Source: a virus
Lineage: Duplodnaviria > Caudoviricetes
DNA length: 59,697 bases
IMG/VR virus record: IMGVR_UViG_3300030233_000116
Coordinates: 1-59,697 of that record
Reading direction: 5' to 3' (one strand)
Below are positions 9,167 through 19,800 of this stretch, one piece after another. The first letter of the stretch is position 1. The number at the start of each line of letters is the position of its first letter. A program made the position numbers and the translations under genes. A model generated the notes under the pieces. It was given only the letters and a program-made list of their open reading frames with translations, had not been told where the DNA came from and ran no database searches.

Positions 9167-9216
9167 TCAATGCGTTCTCGTTGCGTGGTTGTCAACCCTG
9201 AAAGCCGTGGTATCAT
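9167..9216. promoter_or_regulatory. Overlapping divergent promoters sharing the -35 region
   Basis: Plus: TTGTCA(9189)-16-TATCAT(9211) with extended TG, ATG at 9224. Minus: TTGACA(9195-9190)-17-CATTGA toward the scaffold gene. Confidence 0.6.
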
Positions 9217-9223
9217 CGCCGGC

Positions 9224-9904
9224 ATGAGCGGATTGATCCCAGGCGCGGACTTCGATAATCCCTTCCCACCACCCGAAGACCTGACCACCACCCAGGACGC
9301 CATCCGCCGCTCTTCAGCCGATGCCGGCCATCTGGCGAAGCGGTTGCGGGATATGCTCGCCTCATACTCCGAGGAGCAGGTCGTGATCGGGGGAAAGACT
9401 TACACAATCCTCGCTCAGGACGACGGGGGCGCACTGCAATACGATCACCCCTGGCAGGTGCAAATCGTGCCGGTCACCACCGGAGGGTCGACCAAATATG
9501 AAATCCGGGTCAATCCAGATAGTCGATTGTATAAATGGGACGGCACCGAATACACGGTCACAATCAACGATCCAGTAAAGGACGACGCCGAGGATGGGGA
9601 CATTGTGTTCATTAAAGGTCTGTTTGAGGATGGCGTTCTGGATACGTTTAGCGTTTCCGCTGATCCTGACGAACTGGATCTTTCGCAAGCGTTTTGGGCT
9701 GAGAATTCTCGAGCCGAGAAAGAAGGTGCTACTGGTAGTGGGGAGGGGTATGAGCCCGGAGATCAAACGCTATTTCGATTCCCGCTGGCGCGCATCACTG
9801 GATCTTCTGGCGATTTCACCATCGAACATTTTGTCCAAAATGATCTAATGATGCAGGTTTTTCTGTATCAAGGGTTTCCCCTCCAATTTCCAGGCACGTT
9901 CTAA
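9224..9904 (+). CDS. Hypothetical acidic protein (HPWQV motif), possibly virion-associated
   Basis: 226-aa ORF from the ATG 7 nt after TATCAT; abuts the next gene. Confidence 0.7.
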   Translation: MSGLIPGADFDNPFPPPEDLTTTQDAIRRSSADAGHLAKRLRDMLASYSEEQVVIGGKTYTILAQDDGGALQYDHPWQVQIVPVTTGGSTKYEIRVNPDSRLYKWDGTEYTVTINDPVKDDAEDGDIVFIKGLFEDGVLDTFSVSADPDELDLSQAFWAENSRAEKEGATGSGEGYEPGDQTLFRFPLARITGSSGDFTIEHFVQNDLMMQVFLYQGFPLQFPGTF

Positions 9905-11116
9905 ATGAAGTCCAGTCATCGCGCGATTCAAAAAGCCAATCTAGGTGGTGCCCGAATCTTCCTTGAAGAGGATGATATTTTTTACCGCACCACGACAGGT
10001 CAGCACATCACCGTCGGTCCGGCCTCTTACGATCAAGACCCGGAAGACACAGTGCACGATCCTTATGATGAGGATGAGGACAGAACCTTTGATGACGCAA
10101 CCGACCCTCATGCGTTTGTTCCGGTCAGCACAATATTTTATTGGCTTTATCGAGCTAAAGAAATCCGGCTTCGGATCCGCAAAGAGTTTTCCGAAGAGAC
10201 AGATTCGGCAGAGCTTATTGTGGACGAAGAGGCTGAAGGAAATCCATTTAGCTGGGGCAGCATCAACGATCCCACCCTCGCCCCTCTTGCTGACGTCAAT
10301 GAAGGCCAAGAATCAATCGATAGCGATTGGGTGACTTTGAAGCGCGTTTACACCAACGATGGAACTGCAGATGATTATCCAGACTTGGCATTAAACGGAA
10401 GAAGAAACATGGTCTGGAAAGTGCCGGAATCCGCCTTTCAACATGGCGCCGGTTCATTTATGGTTCATCCGCAACCCGATTGGGATTCCAGCAACGCTGT
10501 TGACGATCCCGATAATTGGAAAAGAGAACTCATCGTTTCTATTAGCACAAGCGGGTCTCTTGTATTTCGCATTTACAACACAAATTACAAAGAAAAAGAC
10601 TCTAATGAGGAAGTGAAGATTGCGGAGTTTGATGATGTTGGGATGAAGCCGCTGGGAACCTTTGCAATCGATTCCTCGGATCTTGACTCTCCCCCTTCTT
10701 TGAATCGCAGGGTTTTGTTTGTCCCAAACAAAGCGGAATACGACGAAGAGGATGCAGCGGTCAGCGATTTGACCGATTTTTGGGGGGCGCAGGTGACGAG
10801 CAGGCCGTCTGGATACACTTACGCAACGGACGAAGCCATCGAGGGGTGGCACACAGCCTCATTTAATAAAAGTTTTTCAAAAGAATACTACCCAAAATTT
10901 GAATGGAATGCCGGGTATTATTGCGCCGGGTTTGCAACCACTGATTTTAACTGCACTGTGAGCGGGCCTGTTGATGGCATTACATCCACGGACACGCTGC
11001 CGTTTGATGGCGGGTTTTTATATAATTACGAACTTGCCGAGGCTTCAGTAAAATCATACTTCAAAGCAACTCGCACTTACACCCAAATCGATATTGAGGT
11101 GCTTGAAGAATTCTAA
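9905..11116 (+). CDS. Hypothetical acidic beta-rich protein, lower GC
   Basis: 403-aa ORF, D/T/S-rich, visibly more AT-rich than its flanks. Confidence 0.75.
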   Translation: MKSSHRAIQKANLGGARIFLEEDDIFYRTTTGQHITVGPASYDQDPEDTVHDPYDEDEDRTFDDATDPHAFVPVSTIFYWLYRAKEIRLRIRKEFSEETDSAELIVDEEAEGNPFSWGSINDPTLAPLADVNEGQESIDSDWVTLKRVYTNDGTADDYPDLALNGRRNMVWKVPESAFQHGAGSFMVHPQPDWDSSNAVDDPDNWKRELIVSISTSGSLVFRIYNTNYKEKDSNEEVKIAEFDDVGMKPLGTFAIDSSDLDSPPSLNRRVLFVPNKAEYDEEDAAVSDLTDFWGAQVTSRPSGYTYATDEAIEGWHTASFNKSFSKEYYPKFEWNAGYYCAGFATTDFNCTVSGPVDGITSTDTLPFDGGFLYNYELAEASVKSYFKATRTYTQIDIEVLEEF

Positions 11117-11382
11117 TCCCGGCTCGCCAAAATCCCTTCCAATTCCTGAAGTTTGGTCGGCTTCCCACAATCAATGGCAAACTTCAGCGCTTCGCGCCGA
11201 CAGAGTAACCGCTGATATTCATCGAAAGTAGAAACCCCGCGCAAAATCTCCTCGGCGATCCTGGCTCGCTCTTTCTCCAGTATGTCGAGGTAGCGGCTAA
11301 ACGCCTCGCGCGATTCACCCTGCAGTTCGCGAAGTCCCTTTATGTCTGCGAGAATTTGATCGATGGGAGTGTTTGTCGACAT
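11113..11382 (-). CDS. Small helical protein downstream of portal
   Basis: MSTNTPIDQIL...; position typical of small head-assembly proteins. Confidence 0.55.
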   Translation of the reverse strand: MSTNTPIDQILADIKGLRELQGESREAFSRYLDILEKERARIAEEILRGVSTFDEYQRLLCRREALKFAIDCGKPTKLQELEGILASRD

Positions 11383-11557
11383 AAGCTTGGAGCGATTCGC
11401 GCGCCTGTTCCGCGAGTTCGAGACTGTCAAAAGTAAATCGGCGGATGGGTAGCGGCTCCCCGCGTTCCAACCGGAAGCCGGCAGGGTTGAAGGATTCATC
11501 CGGAATCCCCTCCTCGCCGACATAAAGCACCCACTGCGGGCGAACGATTATCTTCAT
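11315..11557 (-). CDS. Hypothetical protein
   Basis: Start overlaps the portal stop (11554-11557). Confidence 0.45.
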   Translation of the reverse strand: MKIIVRPQWVLYVGEEGIPDESFNPAGFRLERGEPLPIRRFTFDSLELAEQARESLQAYVDKHSHRSNSRRHKGTSRTAG

Positions 11558-13800
11558 AACAACACCTCCGATTTACCTGGGGCCAATGGCGCTGCAGCAT
11601 CGGCGGGAGGGGCGCCGCTCGCCCCGGCAGGAGGTGCCTGGATGGGCATCGGCACGACCAATTCATCTGGATTCGGAATGTGCATCGCTTTCAGCTGATT
11701 GCGGTAGAGAGGAGCAACCACTTCCTGAATCTGCGGTAGCAGAGAGTAAAACCGCTCGACCAGATCGACCGCCGCGCTGTTCGACTGAAGCAGTTGCTCA
11801 TTTCGAAAGCGGGTCATGAGCAGTTCGATGTCGAACTCCATGTCAGACACGGAATTCGCATCGATCTCCATCAGGATTTGATTATCCCCTTCGAAAATGG
11901 AGAAGGTCTCGCGCTCCTGAATATTTGCCAACAAGACCATGAGCGCCCGTTTCGCCGCCGATCCAAGCCCGCGCTTCAGATCCGTCAGAAAGAGGGAAAA
12001 CATCTCCTGGCCACTGTTCTCCATGTTGCGGATGCCGGTGGCCAATTCCGACGAATCCAGGCCAGCCGTTTGCGCATCGTTGGTATTTGCGACACCCGAT
12101 TCGTTCATCAAGACCTGCATGAAGAACTCCATCATCTCGCGCACCATCTTGTATTCGACGCTGTAGAGTTCTTTCGTCTGAATGAAATCCTCGATCGTTT
12201 TGCCGGAAACCAACGTGAACGTGCCGCCGGCATTCATCTTCAGGTCACGCATGCGCTCGCCCTCGACCACGGCATCCCATTGCACGGTGGTGACCCGGCC
12301 TGACTCGCCCATCGATCGGTTCCACCGATTTATCATCAAATCGATGATGTCCTGCAGGGTCTCATACATCTCCATGGCGCCCAGACCGTGCCAACGTTTT
12401 TCGACCTTATTGACCCGCACGACGTCGAAAGGCCGTTGCCCGTCGGGCGTCATATTGGCCGCGAAATCGTAGTAAATCGGCAGCCCGGATTTCCGGTCCA
12501 TCACCAACATGATGTTTTCGAGGATTCCATCGCCGTTGGCATCGTATCGCAGCCAGAATTCCGCGATCTCTGCCATCGTGCCGGGCGCGGTGATCTGCGA
12601 GTTCTGCGCTCCTTCGCCTTCGTCCAGCTCGACGCGCGGCTCATGTTGCGCGGTGCTGTATTCATCACCTTGTTCGGACAACGTTCGAAGCAATCGGATG
12701 GCTGCCGCTGTTTGTTCGATGTCTTCTTCGCCGGTCTGCGGATCCTCGCCCATCAAGCCCTGGCGCCGATATTGGTCGACCAGTTGAGCCACCGGCATAT
12801 CCATCAGATGCACGATGCAATCCGCGGATTGGACGTCCTCGGCATTCAGCGGGCAGAGAAAATCGCGATAATAGACGAGAGATTCCTCCGGTCCTTGATA
12901 TTGGACGATGCGCCGCTTCACAATATCGCTCGCCCATTGGCCCGCGTATTCCACCTCATCACGCATGACGACCAATCCGTCTTCCAACGTTTCGGCCAGG
13001 ACGGTCTTGTGATCTTTCTTCAAATGCACGAAAGGCTCATCGTCGGACCCCACGCTTTCCACCCACCGATCGGACTGCAGGATGTAATCGCCCGATGAAT
13101 CAAGGATGGGGTTTCCTTCGCCGTCCTGCAGGAAAGTCGCCATCTCCGAATAGATGTCGTCGCGCGTCACGTAGACCGTTTTGATGATGCCTTCCCCGCG
13201 GACGAACGCAGAGACCACGGCGGATTCTTTCACGCTCAGCACGTCAGCCTCGAGGAACTTCACTTTGGCGTATTTCTCGACCTTGTCGGCTGTCTCACGG
13301 TCGCCTTCGCCGACAGGGAAGGCCGCCATCCAGGGATCCGTGCCGAAAAAGTAGTTGATGGCCCTGGCAATCATCTGTCGCACCACGCGCCGCACGATCG
13401 GCACGACCAGATTCGAAACTTGGAAGATGCCGCCCTTGATCCATTTCCGCCACTCGACCTTGTTGTGATAGACCATCTCGTAGAGATAGCGTTTGCCGAA
13501 GAACGTGCGCTCCGGATTGTCGCCGATGTCGCCGCTATGCTCGGCTTGCTGATACCAGTCGCCGGAGGTGACGGTGCGCCCGAGTTCATCCTCGAGATTC
13601 TGCAGCCGCTTCTTCGCGTGCTCAAGCAACCGGTTTTCCTGATCTCGCGTGAGTTGGTAGGCGGATTTGAAGGGGACCAACGGGGCATCCACATCGGAAT
13701 CGGTGGTGGCCGCATCCTCCATGGCATCGAGGAAGCCCTCGGGATTTGGTAGACGGCCGGCAGCGGCCTCGATGGATTCCTGCAGTGTGTCGTCTTGCAT
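11554..13800 (-). CDS. Portal protein
   Basis: ~750 aa; GEGIIK, IAEFW..YD, RPF, WHGLG and ELATGI motifs of P22/T7-like portals. Confidence 0.85.
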   Translation of the reverse strand: MQDDTLQESIEAAAGRLPNPEGFLDAMEDAATTDSDVDAPLVPFKSAYQLTRDQENRLLEHAKKRLQNLEDELGRTVTSGDWYQQAEHSGDIGDNPERTFFGKRYLYEMVYHNKVEWRKWIKGGIFQVSNLVVPIVRRVVRQMIARAINYFFGTDPWMAAFPVGEGDRETADKVEKYAKVKFLEADVLSVKESAVVSAFVRGEGIIKTVYVTRDDIYSEMATFLQDGEGNPILDSSGDYILQSDRWVESVGSDDEPFVHLKKDHKTVLAETLEDGLVVMRDEVEYAGQWASDIVKRRIVQYQGPEESLVYYRDFLCPLNAEDVQSADCIVHLMDMPVAQLVDQYRRQGLMGEDPQTGEEDIEQTAAAIRLLRTLSEQGDEYSTAQHEPRVELDEGEGAQNSQITAPGTMAEIAEFWLRYDANGDGILENIMLVMDRKSGLPIYYDFAANMTPDGQRPFDVVRVNKVEKRWHGLGAMEMYETLQDIIDLMINRWNRSMGESGRVTTVQWDAVVEGERMRDLKMNAGGTFTLVSGKTIEDFIQTKELYSVEYKMVREMMEFFMQVLMNESGVANTNDAQTAGLDSSELATGIRNMENSGQEMFSLFLTDLKRGLGSAAKRALMVLLANIQERETFSIFEGDNQILMEIDANSVSDMEFDIELLMTRFRNEQLLQSNSAAVDLVERFYSLLPQIQEVVAPLYRNQLKAMHIPNPDELVVPMPIQAPPAGASGAPPADAAAPLAPGKSEVLL

Positions 13801-13826
13801 GGTATGCGGATACGCTACGACAACTT

Positions 13827-16800
13827 TCAACGACGGCGAAGCAACATTTCACGCCGCGCCAATGCGCGACCCTGTTCAAATGCCTTCTTCACGCGCTCGA
13901 AGTCGTCTTCGGTTGGGTTGCGGGTGTTGAGAGAGTTCAGGACCGACCGGAGCCGGATCCCGGCATATTTGGCGGAAAGAGCGACCAATTCCTGGTATTC
14001 ATCGGCGTCGAGTTCGATCTGTTCGCCGTTGCGGCTGATCTTGTTGGATGGCCGGGGCGGAGCCCATGCCAGCGATGGGTTTTCGCGGTTCCAATTGCGC
14101 AACATAACGTCGACCTGTTCGCTTCCTTCCATTTCCCTGGTCCAGGGGATCAGGAGTCGGGAAGCCGCATTGCCATCCTTGCGCACCGGCTCGCCGGTCA
14201 CCTGATCGATGCGCGGGGCCGCAAACTGCGGGATCGGCAGCATGTCGTAATAGACCTGAGCGGTGCGATAATCGCGCTGGAATTCATCCATGTTCCGCAA
14301 GGGTTGCCGGATGATATTCGGCACCAGGCCGGAGAGGAAAGAGGAGCGGAAACGCGATGCCGCAAAGTCCGCGCGGTCCGGATCGCTGAAGTTCTGAATG
14401 GTCTCCATCAGCCCGCCAATGCCGGCCGTGAAGGTCTTATCCTGCGTCTGGCCGACCATGTAAGAGAAAAACTGACTGGTTTTCTCCTGCGAGCCGCCAC
14501 CGCTCTTCGTCATGCGTGCAGCGTCGACGACCGTGCCAAGGATGGTGGCGAACGGTTCCAACCGCCCGTAGGAAACCGTCACGCCGTTGCGCCCGCCGAT
14601 CCGGATCGAGTAGGGGCCGCCCGAGGTGCGCGCCTGCATGTCGGCAAGCGCTGAATTGCTCGGGCGACTGCCCGAAATCAGGATGAGCTTGTTATCATCA
14701 TCCTCATCACCCTCGGCCATCCCGAGCAACATCAAGGTGCCGACCCAGGCGATCGTCTGTTCCGCCATATCTCGCACAAGCTGCGGGTGCGAGGTGAGGA
14801 CCGGTTTGCCATCGCGGAATTTGAAGAACCCGGCCTGCAACAATCGATAGGTCATCGGGATGCTTCCCAGCGGAGTCTTCCGAATGCCGGTGGCGAAGAT
14901 ATTGTATGGGGTGCGCACGAACGGAATGATGAAGGAAAGGATCTTGGCTTTCCTCCTGAGATCCTGAGCGTTGCGAGCCAACTGCTCCATCACGTTTCCG
15001 CCTTCGTCGGCATTTTTCAGTGGCGTCTGGAATGTCATATCGACCGCTTTGTCGACCGCGTATTGCCACGACATCGAGCCCGGCGTGTTCACTTCGTCAG
15101 CGATGAACTCCTCGAGCTTCTTGCCTTCGAGCCCCTTCTGTTTCCCGATCCGGAATGCCATAGCGCCCGTCTCCATGCGTCCGATGGTGAATTTGAACAG
15201 GGAATCCATGAAGAGGAGGAGTCGGCCGGGGATGCGAACAATACGCCCGGTGCGCCCCTTGATGGCCGGCTGCACCCCGCCCGCCTTATCGAAATCTTCG
15301 AACAGCTCGACCTGGCCGCCGAGCACTTCGGACTCGAAGAAATCGGACTCGGCATCCCACGCCTTCACCGCCATCTTCCAACCCTTCGCGAGCCCCGGCC
15401 TCAGTCCGGCCAGCAGGTGCTTGAACTCCCCGAACTGCGCGCCCTTCTGGTCTTTCACCATCAAGTTCATAACGGCTTCCATGCCGCGCTGAACCGTCAT
15501 ATCCCAAGCGGTGTTCGCGAAGTTGCCGGCAATATTCACGATGTGGGTCTGCGGCCCCGAGAGAATCCCGTTGATCCAATACTCGATCGCCATGTCGAAC
15601 GGATTGCCGCTGGCAGCCTGCGCGGTCCGGGCGACCCGAACGACCTGTTGCGCGTCGTCGATCGGAAAGCGGACCATAATTTCGCGGTTCTCGTATTCAA
15701 GCGGGAGCTTCTGCTGAGGGCCGGCTTCGGGCGCCGCCGGAGCGTCAGACCGCGGCATGCGCGTCCGGTTGCGGGCGGCCTGATCTTCGTTGAGTTCGAG
15801 TCGAGTTTGATCCTCGGGATATGCGCCGGGTGTCGGACCGACTGGCGCATCACTGACCGGCGTTTGCGGGACTTGAAGCAATGGACGGCGCTTCGGGACG
15901 CGACGTCGGACGGTTTTCCGTTTGCCTTGCTCTGTCTTCGGGGCAATTCCCATGGCTTCGAGGACTTGCGCCATTGCCGCATCAACATCCGCGTCGGAAA
16001 CCTCCCGGTTGCCCAAGGCTGCCGCCCCCAGCGCAACGCCGGTCTGGTCGATGTATTTGGCAACCTCTCCTGGCGATACTCCGCGCTCAAGGAGCTTGCG
16101 CACGGTGTCGCGATAACGAGTGTTCACAGCATCGGCATATCGATCCCGGACCGCCTCCACCTCCTTCGCTGTGGCCCCCATTTCCTTGCCGATGACCTCG
16201 AATGATTTCGCCCCGCCCTGCAACGCCCGGACGATCTTCGAGTCCTGCGAGGTGAACCCGGACAGAATGTTCTTCACGATGGCGGAGCCCTTGAGGATCA
16301 GTTCGACCTCGCCGCCGAAGATCATATCGAAGGTGATGCCCATGGCGTTGAGCGCCTTCTCGATGGCTTTGATCCGGGCGCTTTCGGCATCGAGGAGCCG
16401 CTGTTTTTCCGCTTGATCGGCTTTCTCGATCTGTTTCCGGACTTTCGATGGCGGGGTGAAGATGGCTTTAGCCAGAAACTCCCGATGTCGTTCCGCCGGG
16501 GACATGAAGGGATCTTTCCTCGAGGCCAGTTGACGACCCGCTTCCGTGCCGGTCTGCCGGTAAGCCCACACGAGGCCGGTCAGGATTCGCCGGCGCTCCG
16601 GGGTGAGCGGTTTACTCATCTCCTCGGCGACTACCACTTGGACGGCCTTCGTCTCCTCCGGGTTGAGCGTGCCGCCAGCCATGCCGCGCTCAAGAGCCAT
16701 TTCGATGACGCCGCCGGGATTCTCAGCAGCCATGCGCCGACCGGCTTCATTCCAGTCGGCTTCTTTCTCGCGAACGAGCTTGCTGCCATAAACCTCATCG

Positions 16801-19800
16801 ACCCCCATCACCTCCGGGCCAAGCGCGGAAAACCCGCGATCCGGGTTACCAACGGTCCGTTGGCCGGATGTTTCGCCCTTGGCCTTTTCGACCATGGCAT
16901 TGACTTCCGGCTCGGAGATGGCCGCCATGATGCGTTCAAGGGCTTTATCGCCTTCAGGCGTGAGGGTGCGGGCGTAGAGAATCGAATCGCTCTGCGGGTT
17001 GAAGCGCTGGCTCAGTGGAATGACGTTGCCTTTGTCGTCGTAGGTTACAGGGTCGGCGGATTTTACCGCATTGGGGTCTGTGATACCGATCTCATGGCCG
17101 ACCTGTTCGGTTCCATAGGCGAGGTTAAACTTAAATGTTTGGTAGTCATCTTGCAAAGAAGCAAAATCCTGACCCAACAACATTTTGAGTAACTGACCAT
17201 CCACGGACCCCGCGTATCGTTCGATAGTCTCTCTGGTAATGGGGAGCCCCATGATCGTGCGGTTAGTCAGCCAACGAATGTCTTCCTCGGTTAAATTGGT
17301 TTGATCAAATACCTTTCCGGGCCGAATCCACGCATCAATGACTTGTGGCGTAGAACCTCTTTCAATTCTGGTCTGCGTCACAGGATCATAGAGCGCCAGC
17401 GTATCGTTAAAATCCTTCGGTTTACCCCGATACCGTTGTAAAAACCGCTCCGCTCCTTCTCTTGTGTCAGCAAACCAAACAACTCCCTTTTCTGCGTCAT
17501 CGGAAAGGAGGTTGAGGTTGAAGCGCTTAAATCCGCCGTTCAAAGTGCCGTGGTAGCCTTTGATTGTGTAACCAGCCGCTCGCGCCGCCTCATCCACCAT
17601 CCGCTGTGCGGTCTCCATGTCGCCACGCTCGACCGCTGCGAGATACTCGGCGTCCTCATCTGTGATGGTGCGGGTGCCAATCCAGTGCTTTTCGATGTAA
17701 TCATCGACAGCATTGTCGATGCTCTTGGGCGTGTATTTCGCACGCATCTCGATCACCTTGTCAATTTCCCTGTTTTGCTGCCTGATGTTATCGATGCTCT
17801 CAAAGTCAGTGTTCGGCTCGTAAAGCTCCTGATCCTCTTTTGAGAGCGCGTTGTATTCATCCAGCTCCTCTTGCATCATCTCGATGTCAGATTCGTTTTC
17901 ACGCTGGATTTTTCGAAGCTCCTTCAAGGAGTAATTATCAGGATGCAGAAGCTCGATGACGTCGTCGCCGGATCCCGTGTCGCCTTCGGCAACAGCCAGA
18001 ATTTCATCCTGAATAGCTTTTGGGCTGGCCTCGATCTTGCGGGTAGCGAGCGGAGTTCGATCATGCTCGATTTCCAACCCCTCTTCAATAGCCGCATCTT
18101 TCAATGCCTTGAGTTGAGTGCGGTTGGGAGCGCCTTGGTAATAAACCGTTTTGCCGTCCTTATAATCTTTCGCAATGCGAACGTATCCCAACGCCCCAGG
18201 ATTGCCCAAAATCAACCCATAACCATCACTGAAAAAGTGATGATGCTCACCCGTATCGACAAACCTTCCATCTGGAGACTGCCAGCCGGCAACCAATTTC
18301 CCTATGCCAACAGTCGGCTTCATTGCCTCAAAGCGTTCCCGAAAAACCTCTTTATTCTTCGCGGCTGTTGCAGCGTCGAAAGCGCCGTATTGCGGGGAGA
18401 TCGACCGGCTCCCAATCGCAAGCGTATCGGCTTCAGAAAAACCGCCATCACGAAGGCCGCGCAAAAATTCACCCTTTAGCCTCTTGTCCTCGGCTTCCAT
18501 TCTTTCTTCCGGTCGTGTCATAACCTCCGCCGCAAGAGCCTGCAGGTTTTTGCGCGCTGACTTCAAATCACCATAGAAAGCCTCATACATCCGCATTACT
18601 TGGGCGCGAACCTCATTCCAGGCTTTCGTCTGGTCTGCATTGAGGTTGCTGTCGGGTTGATTTTCTTCGATCTCAGTAAGACTGAGCCCGCCAACCTCGG
18701 CGAATTCTTTACTATCAAGCGCTTTTTCGACTTGTTTCCAAATGGCGTGCCCTTGAGTGGATTTAGGCCAGTCGTCAGGATCTTGAATGTCAGAATCCAA
18801 AATGCGCTTTATTGAGCGATACCGGCTTTTCTGATCTTTGGAGAGATTGGCGTTTTCAATCAGCGCCGCCATTGCTCCAAACATGGATTTGCCCTCCATC
18901 GCCGCCTCTATCTCCATTTCAATAGAGCGGGCGCCAAGCGCACCGGAGATAGGTGCCACCTCATCCGCCAACGCCCGCAAATCCTCCAAAGCTGACCGCC
19001 GTTTCCCCTCCCATTCCCGTTCCGACGCCCGAATTTCCTCCAAGGCTGCTTCACGCACGCGCTCCCGTTCTTCCCCGCTGAGATCATCAATCGTCGTCTC
19101 GGGATTCGCCCATTCCGGCCAGGCGTCCGGCACGTCGTCGACGTATTGCCGCCAGTCGAGTTCGGGCAGCGGACGGGCATCCATCGATGCCTCATCGCCC
19201 AGTCGATCATTGATAGCAAAAGCGCGGCGCCGGCTGTCGCCCTGCAAATCCTCAATCTCGCCGATTCGCCGCCACAAAACATCTTCGGTTTCCTGCGAAA
19301 GTTCTGGGGAAATCGCTCGAGCACCCAATGCGGCCCGAGCATCAATTCCTTGGCCTTCCAGGCGGGATCGGAGCACGCCCAATGCATTGCTCAGGATCTT
19401 CGAAACGTACTGCGGGGAAACCTCCAGTTCGCGCGCGGTCTCCGCTGCGGTCTTACCGGAAAGCAGATTCTCCACCATGGCGCGCGGTCGGTCCGGAAGT
19501 TTCTGGACAGCAGCCCGGAGAATCCCGCGGATGTCCCCTTGAGCGGCCGTCTCGCGAACGTTCTCATCCTCGCCGATGACTTCCGCCAGGGTTTCGCCGT
19601 CATCAGTGATCGGTTCGTCCAGACTGGCGGACATCCGCGGACGTCGGGATTGCCTGCGGTATTCGGAATTGAGAGCGTTGGAGATGGTCCGATTTGCATA
19701 GGCCGCAAACGGGCCGGACTCGGGGTTGTAACCTTCCGCCGCTTTCACCAACGCCAGGCGAGCGCTTTGAAGAATGTCGTCATATTCACCGAGGTTGCGG

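Noticed and set aside
18135-18166. Antisense promoter TTGGTA...TATAAT inside the giant gene
   Set aside because: The spacer is 20 nt and there is no convincing downstream product
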